The translations under genes and the position numbers were made by a program. The notes beneath the pieces were generated by a model. That model did no database searches, was not told the origin of the DNA, and saw nothing but the letters and a program-made list of their open reading frames with translations. Positions 51,001-64,000 of a stretch of DNA of 64,000 bases are shown here, in pieces. The stretch covers positions 332,754,001 to 332,818,000 of the forward strand of contig OZ024743.1 of assembly GCA_964016885.1 (NCBI GenBank). Reading direction: 5' to 3'. Each line of letters opens with the position of its first letter. Position 1 is the first letter of the stretch. Source of the stretch: Eledone cirrhosa. Lineage: Eukaryota.

Positions 51001-54000
51001 AAGTAGACTGGGAGTGTTTTATTGAGCTATCAACTCAACTTTACAAAGTGGGATGGGAATGTTTTATTGAGCCATCAACACAACTTTACAAAGTAGACTG
51101 GGAGTGTTTTCTTGAGCTATCAACACAACCACTTTAGAAAGTAGACTGGGAGTGTTTTATTGAGCTATCAACACAACCACTTTACAAAGTAGACTAGGAG
51201 TGTTTTATTGAGCTATCAACACAACTCTTCAAAGTGGGCTGGGAGTATTTTATTGAGCTATCAACACAAATTTACAAAGTAGACTGGGAGTGTTTTATTG
51301 AGCTATCAACAGAACTTTACAAAGTAGACTGGGAGTGTTTTATTGAGCTATCAACAGAACTTTACAAAGTAGACGGGGACTGTTTTATTGAGCTATCGAC
51401 ACAATCACTTTACAAAGTAGACTGGGAGTGTTTTATTGAGTTATCAACACAACTTTAGAAAGTAGACTGGGAGTGTTTTATTGAGCTATCAACACAACTT
51501 TACAAAGTAGACTGGGAGTGTTTTATTGAACTATCAACACAACCACTTTACAAAGTAGACTGGAAGTGTTTTATTGAACTATCAACACAACCACTTTACA
51601 AAGTAGACTGGGAGTGTTTTATTGAGCTATCAACACAACTTTACAAAGTGGGCTGGGAGTGTTTTATTGAGCTATCAACACAACTTTACAAAGTAGACTG
51701 GGAGTGTTTTATTGAGCTATCAACACAACAACTTTACAAAGTAGACTGGGAGTGCTTTATTGAGCTATCAACACAACCACTTTACAAAGTAGACTGGCAG
51801 TCTCTAATTGAGCTATCAACACAACTTTATAAAGTAGACTGGGAGTGTTTTATTGAGCTATCGACACAATCACGTTACAAAGTAGACTGGGAGTGTTTTA
51901 TTGAGCTATTAACACAACCACTTTACAAAGTAGACTGGGAGTGTTTTATTGAGCTATGAACACAACCAATTTACAAAGTAGACTGGGAGTGTTTTATTGA
52001 GTTATCAACACAACCACTTTACAAATTAGACTGGGAGTGTTTTACTGAGCTATCAACACAACTTTACAAAGTAGAATGGGAGTGTTTTATTGAGCTATCG
52101 ACACAATCACTTTACAAAGTAGTCTCTGAGTATTTTATTGAACTATTAACACAACCACTTTACAAAGTAGACTGGGAGTGTTTTATTGAGCTATCAACAC
52201 AACTTTACAAAGTGGGATGGGAATGTTTTATTGAGCTATCAACACAACTTTACAAAGTAGACTGGGAGTGTTTTATTGAACTATCAACACAACCACTTTA
52301 CAAAGTAGACTGGAAATGTTGTATTGAACTATCAACACAACCACTTTACAAAGTAGACTGGGAGTGTTTTATTGAGCTATCAACACAACTTTACAAAGTA
52401 GACTGGGAGTGTTTTATTGAGCTATCAACACAACAACTTTACAAAGTAGACTGGGAATGTTTTATTGAGCTATCAACACAACAACTTTACAAAGTAGACT
52501 GGGAGTGTTTTATTGAGCTATCAACACAACTTTATAAAGTAGACTGGGAGTGTTTTATTGAGCTATCGACACAATCACTTTACAAAGTAGACTGGGAGTG
52601 TTTTATTGAGCTATTAACACAACCACTTTACAAAGTAGACTGGGAGTGTTTTATTGAGCTATGAACACAACCGATTTACAAAGTAGACTGGGAGTGTTTT
52701 ATTGAGCTATCAACACAACTCTACAAAGTAGACTGGCAGTGTTTTATTGAGCTATCAACACAACTCTTCAAAGTGGGCTGGGAGTATTTTATTGAGCTAT
52801 CAACAGAACTTTACAAAGTAGACTGGCAGTGTTTTATTGAGCTATCAACATAACTTTACAAAGTAGACGGGGACTGTTTTATTGAGCTATCGACACAATC
52901 ACTTTACAAAGTAGAATGGGAGTGTTTTATTGAGCTATCAACACAACTTTACAAAGTAGACTGGGAGTGTTTTATTGAACTATCAACTCAACCACTTTAC
53001 AAAGTAGACTGGGAGCGTTTTATTGAGCTATCAACACAACTTTACAAAGTAGACTGGGAGTGTTTTATTGAGCTATCAACACAACTTTACAAAGTAGACT
53101 GGGAGTGTTTTATTGAGCTATCAACACAACCACTTTACAAAGTAGACTGGGAGTCTCTAATTGAGCTATCAACACAACTTTATGAAGTAGACTGGGAGTG
53201 TTTTATTTAGCTATCGACACAATCACTTTACAAAGTAGACTGGGAGTGTTTTATTGAGCTATGAACACAACCAATTTACAAAGTAGACTAGGAGTGTTTT
53301 ATTGAGCTATCAACACAACTTTACAAAGTAAACTGGCAGTGTTTTATTGAGCTATCGACACAATCACTTTACAAAGTAGACTCCGAGTGTTTTATTGAGC
53401 TATTAACACAACCACTTTACAAAGTAGACTGGGAGTGTTTTATTGAGCTATGAACACACCCAATTTACAAAGTAGACTGGGAGTGTTTTATTGAGGTATC
53501 AACACAACTTTAGAAAGTAGAGTGGGAGTGTTCTATTGAGCTATCAACACAACTTTACAAAGTAGACTGGGACTGTTTTATTGAGCTATCGACACAATCA
53601 CTTTACAAAGTAGACTGGGAGTGTTTTATTGAGCTATTAACACAACCACTTTACAAAGTAGACTGGGAGTGTTTTATTGAGCTATCAACACAACTTTACA
53701 AAGTGGGATGGGAATGTTTTATTGAGCCATCAACACAACTTTACAAAGTAGACTGGGAGTGTTTTCTTGAGCTATCAACACAACCACTTTAGAAAGTAGA
53801 CTGGGAGTGTTTTATTGAGCTATCAACACAACCACTTTACAAAGTAGACTGGGAGTGTTTTTTTGAGCTATCAACACAACTCTTCAAAGTGGGCTGGGAG
53901 TATTTTATTGAGCTATCAACACAAATTTACAAAGTAGACTGGGAGTGTTTTATTGAGCTATCAACAGAACTTTACAAAGTAGACTGGGAGTGTTTTATTG

Positions 54001-57000
54001 AGCTATCAACAGAACTTTACAAAGTAGACGAGGACTATTTTATTGAGCTATCGACACAATCACTTTACAAAGTAGACTGGGAGTGTTTTATTGAGTTATC
54101 AACACAACGTTACAAAGTAGACTGGGAGTGTTTTATTGAGCTATCAACACCACTTTACAAAGTAGACTGTGAGTGTTTTATTGAGCTAACAACATAACTT
54201 TAAAAAGTAGACTGGGAGTGTTTTATTGAGCTATTAACACAACCACTTTACAAAGTAGACTGGGAGTGTTTTATTGAGCTATCAACACAACCACTTTACA
54301 AAGTCGACTGGGACTGTTTTATTGAGCTATCAACACAACTTTACAAAGTAGACTGGGAGTGTTTTATTGAGCTATCAACACAACCACTTTACAAAGTAGA
54401 CTGGGAGTCTCTAATTGAGCTATCAACACAACTTTATAAAGTAGACTGGGAGTGTTTTATTGAGCTATCGACACAATCACGTTACAAAGTAGACTGGGAG
54501 TGTTTTACTGAGCTATCAACACAACCACTTTACAAAGTAGACTGGGAGTGTTTTATTGAGCTATCAACACAACTTTACAAAGTAGAATGGGAGTGTTTTA
54601 TTGAGCTATCGACACAATCACTTTACAAAGTAGTCTCTGAGTATTTTATTGAGCTATTAACACAACCACTTTACAAAGTAGACTGGGAGTGTTTTATTGA
54701 GCTATCAACACAACCACTTTACAAAGTAGACTGGGAGTGTTTTATTGAGCTATCAACACAACCACTTTACAAAGTAGACTGGGAGTGTTTTATTGAGCTA
54801 TCAACACAACTTTACAAAGTAGACTGGGAGTGTTTTATTGAACTATCAACACAACCGCTTTACAAAGTAGACTGGAAGTGTTTTATTGAGCTATCAACAC
54901 AACCACTTTACAAAGTAGACTGGGAGTGTTTTATTGAGCTATCAACACAACTTTACAAAGTAGAATGGGAGTGTTTTATTGAGCTATCGACACAATCACT
55001 TTACAAAGTAGTCTCTGAGTATTTTATTGAGCTATTAACACAACCACTTTACAAAGTAGACTGGGAGTGTTTTATTGTGCTATCGAAACAATCACTTTAC
55101 AAAGTAGACTGGGAGTGTTTTATTGAACTATTAACACAACCACTTTACAAAGTAGATTGGGAGTGTTTTATTGAGCTATGAACATAACCACTTTACAAAG
55201 TAGACTGGGAGTGTTTTATTGAGCTATCAACACAACTCTTCAAAGTGGGCTGGGAGTGTTTTATTGAGCTATCAACACAACCACTTTACAAAGTAGACTG
55301 GGAGTGTTTTATTGAGCTATCAACACAACTCTTCAAAGTGGGCTGGGAGTGTTTTATTGAGCTATCAACACAAATTTACAAAGTAGACTGGGAGTGTTTT
55401 ATTGAGCTATTAAGACAACCACTTTACAAAGTAGACTGGAAGTGTTTTATTGAACTATCAACACAACCACGTTACAAAGTAGACTGGGAGTGTTTTATTG
55501 AGCTATCAACACAACTCTACAAATTAGACTTGGAGTGTTTTATTAAGCTATCAACACAACTTTACAAAGTAGACTGGGAATGTTTTATTGAGCTATCAAC
55601 ACAACAACTTTGCAAAGTAGACTGGGAGTGTTTTATTCAGCTATCAACACAACCACTTTACAAAGTAGACTGGGAGTGTTTTATTCAGCTATCAACACAA
55701 CCACTTTACAAAGTAGACTGGGAGGGTTTTATTGAGCTATCAACACAACCACTTTACAAAGTAGACTGGGAGTGTTTTATTGAGTTATCAACACAACTTT
55801 ACAAAGTAGACTGGGAGTGTTTTATTGAGCTATCAACACCACTTTTCAAAAATAGACTGGGAGTGTTTTATTGAGCTATCAACACAACTTTACAAAGTAG
55901 ACTGGGAGTGTTTTATTGAGCTATTAACACAACCACTTTACAAAGTAGACTAGGAGTGTTTTATTGAGCTATCAACACAACCACTTTACAAAGTAGACTG
56001 GGACTGTTTTATTGAGCTATCAACACAACTTTACAAAGTAGACTGGGAGTGTTTTGTTGAGCTATCAACACAACAACTTTACAAAGTAAACTGGGAGTGT
56101 TTTATTGAGCTATCAACACAACCACTTTACAAAGTAGACTGGGAGTGTTTTATTGAGCTATCAACACAACTCTTCAAAGTGGGCTGGGAGTGTTTTATTG
56201 AGCTATCAACACAAATTTACAAAGTAGACTGGGAGTGTTTTATTGAGCTATTAAGACAACCACTTTACAAAGTAGACTGGAAGTGTTTTATTGAACTATC
56301 AACACAACCACGTTACAAAGTAGACTGGGAGTGTTTTATTGAGCTATCAACACAACTCTACAAATTAGACTTGGAGTGTTTTATTAAGCTATCAACACAA
56401 CTTTACAAAGTGGGCTGGGAGTGTTTTATTGAGCTATCAACACAACTTTACAAAGTAGACTGGGAATGTTTTATTGAGCTATCAACACAACAACTTTGCA
56501 AAGTAGACTGGGAGTGTTTTATTCAGCTATCAACACAACCACTTTACAAAGTAGACTGGGAGGGTTTTATTGAGCTATCAACACAACCACTTTACAAAGT
56601 AGACTGGGAGTGTTTTATTGAGTTATCAACACAACTTTACAAAGTAGACTGGGAGTGTTTTATTGAGCTATCAACACCACTTTACAAAAATAGACTGGGA
56701 GTGTTTTATTGAGCTATCAACACAACTTTACAAAGTAGACTGGGAGTGTTTTATTGAGCTATTAACACAACCACTTTACAAAGTAGACTAGGAGTGTTTT
56801 ATTGAGCTATCAACACAACCACTTTACAAAGTAGACTGGGACTGTTTTATTGAGCTATCAACACAACTTTACAAAGTAGACTGGGAGTGTTTTGTTGAGC
56901 TATCAACACAACAACTTTACAAAGTAAACTGGGAGTGTTTTATTGAGCTATCAACACAACCACTTTACAAAGTAGACTGGGAGTGTTTTATTGAGCTATC

Positions 57001-60000
57001 AACACAACTTTATAAAGTAGACTGGGAGTGTTTTATTGAGCTATTAACACAACCACTTTACAAAGGAGACTGGGAATGTTTTATTGAGCTATCAACACAA
57101 CAACTTTACAAAGTAGACTGGGAGTGTTTTATTGAGCTATCAACACAACCACTTCACAAAGTAGACTGGGAGTGTTTTATTGAGCTATCAACACAACTTT
57201 ATAAAGTAGACTGGGAGTGTTTTATTGTGCTATCGAAACAATCACTTTACAAAGTAGACTGGGAGTGTTTTATTGAGCTATTAACACAACCACTTTACAA
57301 AGTAGACTGGGAGTGTTTTATTGAGCTATGAACATAACCACTTTACAAAGTAGACTGGGAGTGTTTTATTGAGCTATCAACACAACCACTTTACAAAGTA
57401 GACTGGGAGTGTTTTATTGAGCTATCAACACAAATTTACAAAGTAGACTGGGAGTGTTTTATTGAGCTATTAAGACAACCACTTTACAAAGTAGACTGGA
57501 AGTGTTTTATTGAATTATCAACACAACCACTTTACAAAGTAGACTGGGAGTGTTTTATTGAGCTATCAACACAACTTTACAAGGTGGGCTGGGAGTGTTT
57601 TATTGAGCTATCAACACAACTTTACAAAGTAGACTGGGAATGTTTTATTGAGCTATCAACACAACAACTTTGCAAAGTAGACTGGGAGTGTTTTATTGAG
57701 CTATCAACACAACTTTACAAAGTAAACTGGCAGTGTTTTATTGAGCTATCGACAGAATCACTTTACAAAGTAGACTGGGAGTGTTTTCTTGAGCTATCAA
57801 CACAACCACTTTACAAAGTAGACTGGGAGTGTTTTATTGAGCTATCAACACAACTCTTCAAAGTGGGCTGGGGGTATTTTATTGAGCTATCAACACAAAT
57901 TTACAAAGTAGACTGGGAGTGTTTTATTGAGCTATCAACAGAACTTTACAAATTAGATTGGGAGTGTTTTATTGAGCTATCAACAGAAACTTACAAAGTA
58001 GACTGGGAGTGTTTTATTGAGCTATCAACAGAACTTTACAAAGTAGACAGGGACTGTTTTATTGATCTATCGACACAATCACTTTATAAAGTAGACTGGG
58101 AGTGTTTTATTGAGCTATCAACATCACTTTACAAGGTAGACTGTGAGTGTTTTATTGAGCTAACAACACAACTTTACAAAGTAGACTGGGAGTGTTTTAT
58201 TGAGCTATTAACACAACCACTTTACAAAGTAGACTGGGAGTGTTTTACTGAGCTATCAACACAACTTTACAAAGTAGAATGGGAGTGTTTTATTGAGCTA
58301 TCGACACAATCACTTTACAAAGTAGTCTCTCAGTATTTTATTGAGCTATTAACACAACCACTTTACAAAGTAGACTGGGAGTGTTTTATTGAGCTATCAA
58401 CACAACCACTTTACAAAGTAGACTGGTAGTGTTTTATTGAGCTATCAACACAACTTTACAAAGTAGACTGGGAGTGTTTTATTGAACTATCAACACAACC
58501 ACTTTACAAAGTAGACTGGCAGTGTTTTATTGAACTATCAACACAACCACTTTACAAAGTAGACTGGGAGTGTTTTATTGAGCTATCAACACAACTTTAC
58601 AAAGTGGGCTGGGAGTGTTTTATTGAGCTATCAACACAACTTTACAAAGTAGACTGGGAGTGTTTTATTGAGCTATCAACACAACAACTTTACAAAGTAG
58701 ACTGGGAGTGTTTTATTGAGTTATCAACACAACCACTTTACAAAGTAGACTGGGAGTGTTTTATTGAGCTATCAACACAACCACTTTACAAAGTAGACTG
58801 GGAGTGTTTTATTGAGCTATCAACACAACTCTTCAAAGTGGGCTGGGGGTATTTTATTGAGCTATCAACACAAATTTACAAGGTAGACTGGGAGTGTTTT
58901 ATTGAGCTATCAACACAACCACTTTACAAAGTAGACTGGGAGTGTTTTATTGAGCTATCAACACAACTTTACAAAGTAGACTGGGAGTGTTTTATTGAGC
59001 TATCGACACAATCACTTTACAAAGTAGACTGGGAGTGTTTTATTGAGCTATTAAAACAACCACTTTACAAAGTAGACTGGGAGTGTTTTATTGAGCTATC
59101 AACTCAACTTTACAAAGTGGGATGGGAATGTTTTATTGAGCCATCAACACAACTTTACAAAGTAGACTGGGAGTGTTTTCTTGAGCTATCAACACAACTC
59201 TTCAAAGTGGGCTGGGGGTATTTTATTGAGCTATCAACACAAATTTACAAGGTAGACTGGGAGTGTTTTATTGAGCTATCAACACAACCACTTTACAAAG
59301 TAGACTGGGAGTGTTTTATTGAGCTATCAACACAACTTTACAAAGTAGACTGGGAGTGTTTTATTGAGCTATCGACACAATCACTTTACAAAGTAGACTG
59401 GGAGTGTTTTATTGAGCTATTAACACAACCACTTTACAAAGTAGACTGGGAGTGTTTTATTGAGCTATCAACTCAACTTTACAAAGTGGGATGGGAATGT
59501 TTTATTGAGCCATCAACACAACTTTACAAAGTAGACTGGGAGTGTTTTCTTGAGCTATCAACACAACCACTTTAGAAAGTAGACTGGGAGTGTTTTATTG
59601 AGCTATCAACACAACCACTTTACAAAGTAGACTAGGAGTGTTTTATTGAGCTATCAACACAACTCTTCAAAGTGGGCTGGGAGTATTTTATTGAGCTATC
59701 AACACAAATTTACAAAGTAGACTGGGAGTGTTTTATTGAGCTATCAACAGAACTTTACAAAGTAGACTGGGAGTGTTTTATTGAGCTATCAACAGAACTT
59801 TACAAAGTAGACGGGGACTGTTTTATTGAGCTATCGACACAATCACTTTACAAAGTAGACTGGGAGTGTTTTATTGAGTTATCAACACAACTTTAGAAAG
59901 TAGACTGGGAGTGTTTTATTGAGCTATCAACACAACTTTACAAAGTAGACTGGGAGTGTTTTATTGAACTATCAACACAACCACTTTACAAAGTAGACTG

Positions 60001-63000
60001 GAAGTGTTTTATTGAACTATCAACACAACCACTTTACAAAGTAGACTGGGAGTGTTTTATTGAGCTATCAACACAACTTTACAAAGTGGGCTGGGAGTGT
60101 TTTATTGAGCTATCAACACAACTTTACAAAGTAGACTGGGAGTGTTTTATTGAGCTATCAACACAACAACTTTACAAAGTAGACTGGGAGTGCTTTATTG
60201 AGCTATCAACACAACCACTTTACAAAGTAGACTGGCAGTCTCTAATTGAGCTATCAACACAACTTTATAAAGTAGACTGGGAGTGTTTTATTGAGCTATC
60301 GACACAATCACGTTACAAAGTAGACTGGGAGTGTTTTATTGAGCTATTAACACAACCACTTTACAAAGTAGACTGGGAGTGTTTTATTGAGCTATGAACA
60401 CAACCAATTTACAAAGTAGACTGGGAGTGTTTTATTGAGTTATCAACACAACCACTTTACAAATTAGACTGGTAGTGTTTTACTGAGCTATCAACACAAC
60501 TTTACAAAGTAGAATAGGAGTGTTTTATTGAGCTATCGACACAATCACTTTACAAAGTAGTCTCTGAGTATTTTATTGAACTATTAACACAACCACTTTA
60601 CAAAGTAGACTGGGAGTGTTTTATTGAGCTATCAACACAACTTTACAAAGTGGGATGGGAATGTTTTATTGAGCTATCAACACAACTTTACAAAGTAGAC
60701 TGGGAGTGTTTTATTGAACTATCAACACAACCACTTTACAAAGTAGACTGGAAATGTTGTATTGAACTATCAACACAACCACTTTACAAAGTAGACTGGG
60801 AGTGTTTTATTGAGCTATCAACACAACTTTACAAAGTAGACTGGGAGTGTTTTATTGAGCTATCAACACAACAACTTTACAAAGTAGACTGGGAATGTTT
60901 TATTGAGCTATCAACACAACAACTTTACAAAGTAGACTGGGAGTGTTTTATTGAGCTATCAACACAACTTTATAAAGTAGACTGGGAGTGTTTTATTGAG
61001 CTATCGACACAATCACTTTACAAAGTAGACTGGGAGTGTTTTATTGAGCTATTAACACAACCACTTTACAAAGTAGACTGGGAGTGTTTTATTGAGCTAT
61101 GAACACAACCGATTTACAAAGTAGACTGGGAGTGTTTTATTGAGCTATCAACACAACTCTACAAAGTAGACTGGCAGTGTTTTATTGAGCTATCAACACA
61201 ACTCTTCAAAGTGGGCTGGGAGTATTTTATTGAGCTATCAACAGAACTTTACAAAGTAGACTGGCAGTGTTTTATTGAGCTATCAACATAACTTTACAAA
61301 GTAGACGGGGACTGTTTTATTGAGCTATCGACACAATCACTTTACAAAGTAGAATGGGAGTGTTTTATTGAGCTATCAACACAACTTTACAAAGTAGACT
61401 GGGAGTGTTTTATTGAACTATCAACTCAACCACTTTACAAAGTAGACTGGGAGCGTTTTATTGAGCTATCAACACAACTTTACAAAGTAGACTGGGAGTG
61501 TTTTATTGAGCTATCAACACAACTTTACAAAGTAGACTGGGAGTGTTTTATTGAGCTATCAACACAACCACTTTACAAAGTAGACTGGGAGTCTCTAATT
61601 GAGCTATCAACACAACTTTATGAAGTAGACTGGGAGTGTTTTATTTAGCTATCGACACAATCACTTTACAAAGTAGACTGGGAGTGTTTTATTGAGCTAT
61701 GAACACAACCAATTTACAAAGTAGACTAGGAGTGTTTTATTGAGCTATCAACACAACTTTACAAAGTAAACTGGCAGTGTTTTATTGAGCTATCGACACA
61801 ATCACTTTACAAAGTAGACTCCGAGTGTTTTATTGAGCTATTAACACAACCACTTTACAAAGTAGACTGGGAGTGTTTTATTGAGCTATGAACACACCCA
61901 ATTTACAAAGTAGACTGGGAGTGTTTTATTGAGGTATCAACACAACTTTAGAAAGTAGAGTGGGAGTGTTCTATTGAGCTATCAACACAACTTTACAAAG
62001 TAGACTGGGACTGTTTTATTGAGCTATCGACACAATCACTTTACAAAGTAGACTGGGAGTGTTTTATTGAGCTATTAACACAACCACTTTACAAAGTAGA
62101 CTGGGAGTGTTTTATTGAGCTATCAACACAACTTTACAAAGTGGGATGGGAATGTTTTATTGAGCCATCAACACAACTTTACAAAGTAGACTGGGAGTGT
62201 TTTCTTGAGCTATCAACACAACCACTTTAGAAAGTAGACTGGGAGTGTTTTATTGAGCTATCAACACAACCACTTTACAAAGTAGACTGTGAGTGTTTTA
62301 TTGAGCTAACAACATAACTTTAAAAAGTAGACTGGGAGTGTTTTATTGAGCTATTAACACAACCACTTTACAAAGTAGACTGGGAGTGTTTTATTGAGCT
62401 ATCAACACAACCACTTTACAAAGTCGACTGGGACTGTTTTATTGAGCTATCAACACAACTTTACAAAGTAGACTGGGAGTGTTTTATTGAGCTATCAACA
62501 CAACCACTTTACAAAGTAGACTGGGAGTCTCTAATTGAGCTATCAACACAACTTTATAAAGTAGACTGGGAGTGTTTTATTGAGCTATCGACACAATCAC
62601 GTTACAAAGTAGACTGGGAGTGTTTTACTGAGCTATCAACACAACCACTTTACAAAGTAGACTGGGAGTGTTTTATTGAGCTATCAACACAACTTTACAA
62701 AGTAGAATGGGAGTGTTTTATTGAGCTATCGACACAATCACTTTACAAAGTAGTCTCTGAGTATTTTATTGAGCTATTAACACAACCACTTTACAAAGTA
62801 GACTGGGAGTGTTTTATTGAGCTATCAACACAACCACTTTACAAAGTAGACTGGGAGTGTTTTATTGAGCTATCAACACAACTTTACAAAGTGGGCTGGG
62901 AGTGTTTTATTGAGCTATCAACACAACTTTACAAAGTAGACTGGGAGTGTTTTATTGAACTATCAACACAACCACTTTACAAAGTAGACTGGCAGTGTTT

Positions 63001-64000
63001 TATTGAACTATCAACACAACCACTTTACAAAGTAGACTGGGAGTGTTTTATTGAGCTATCAACACAACTTTACAAAGTGGGCTGGGAGTGTTTTATTGAG
63101 CTATCAACACAACTTTACAAAGTAGACTGGGAGTGTTTTATTGAGCTATCAACACAACAACTTTACAAAGTAGACTGGGAGTGTTTTATTGAGTTATCAA
63201 CACAACCACTTTACAAAGTAGACTGGGAGTGTTTTATTGAGCTATCAACACAACCACTTTACAAAGTAGACTGGGAGTGTTTTATTGAGCTATCAACACA
63301 ACTCTTCAAAGTGGGCTGGGGGTATTTTATTGAGCTATCAACACAAATTTACAAGGTAGACTGGGAGTGTTTTATTGAGCTATCAACACAACCACTTTAC
63401 AAAGTAGACTGGGAGTGTTTTATTGAGCTATCAACACAACTTTACAAAGTAGACTGGGAGTGTTTTATTGAGCTATCGACACAATCACTTTACAAAGTAG
63501 ACTGGGAGTGTTTTATTGAGCTATTAAAACAACCACTTTACAAAGTAGACTGGGAGTGTTTTATTGAGCTATCAACTCAACTTTACAAAGTGGGATGGGA
63601 ATGTTTTATTGAGCCATCAACACAACTTTACAAAGTAGACTGGGAGTGTTTTCTTGAGCTATCAACACAACTCTTCAAAGTGGGCTGGGGGTATTTTATT
63701 GAGCTATCAACACAAATTTACAAGGTAGACTGGGAGTGTTTTATTGAGCTATCAACACAACCACTTTACAAAGTAGACTGGGAGTGTTTTATTGAGCTAT
63801 CAACACAACTTTACAAAGTAGACTGGGAGTGTTTTATTGAGCTATCGACACAATCACTTTACAAAGTAGACTGGGAGTGTTTTATTGAGCTATTAACACA
63901 ACCACTTTACAAAGTAGACTGGGAGTGTTTTATTGAGCTATCAACTCAACTTTACAAAGTGGGATGGGAATGTTTTATTGAGCCATCAACACAAATTTAC
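18031..64000. repeat. Giant tandem satellite with 45/48-bp monomers, roughly 1000 copies by length, running off the window end
   Basis: Consensus caa(cca)ctttacaaagtagactgggagtgttttattgagctatcaaca repeated head-to-tail. The main length variant is a 3-bp indel. Confidence 0.99.

Noticed and set aside
19206-61102. Dozens of long plus-strand ORFs (up to 376 aa) of YKVDWECFIELSTQ(P)L repeats, suggesting a repeat protein
   Set aside because: Monomers of 45/48 bp happen to keep one frame open. Starts are GTG/TTG, stops and 1-bp frameshifts are scattered and propagated by duplications, there is no unique N- or C-terminus, and the ORFs are antisense to the host gene.
18031-64000. CRISPR-like array
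   Set aside because: There are no unique spacers (units are head-to-tail near-identical), no cas genes, and the context is a eukaryotic intron.
18031-64000. Centromeric satellite
   Set aside because: Higher-order structure alone is not evidence. The array appears intronic and nothing in the sequence demonstrates centromere function; CENP-A data would be needed.

Overview
Repeat-rich eukaryotic genomic DNA. The SINE/RTE/CR1 landscape suggests a mollusc, probably an octopus (inference). The minus strand carries the 3' half of a spliced GH31 glucosidase II alpha-subunit gene (GANAB-like). Ten coding exons can be read with GT-AG boundaries and consistent phases from 16751 down to the stop at 4293. 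The introns hold a full-length but decayed piggyBac element (10500-13015, TTAA TSD, 14-bp TIRs), MITEs with the same TIR, CR1 and RTE LINE fragments, tRNA-derived SINEs and several minisatellites. From about 18030 to the end of the window (~46 kb) there is one uninterrupted 45/48-bp satellite with kb-scale higher-order duplications. It apparently lies inside a GANAB intron, because the N-terminal half of the gene is missing from the window. The monomer is homologous to a 48-bp segment of a common interspersed element, and the same segment has been tandemly amplified at several other places in the window. On the gene's sense strand the consensus monomer carries UGUA, AAUAAA and a GU-rich tract. 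The long 'YKVDWECFIELSTQ' ORFs are translations of this satellite, not genes.
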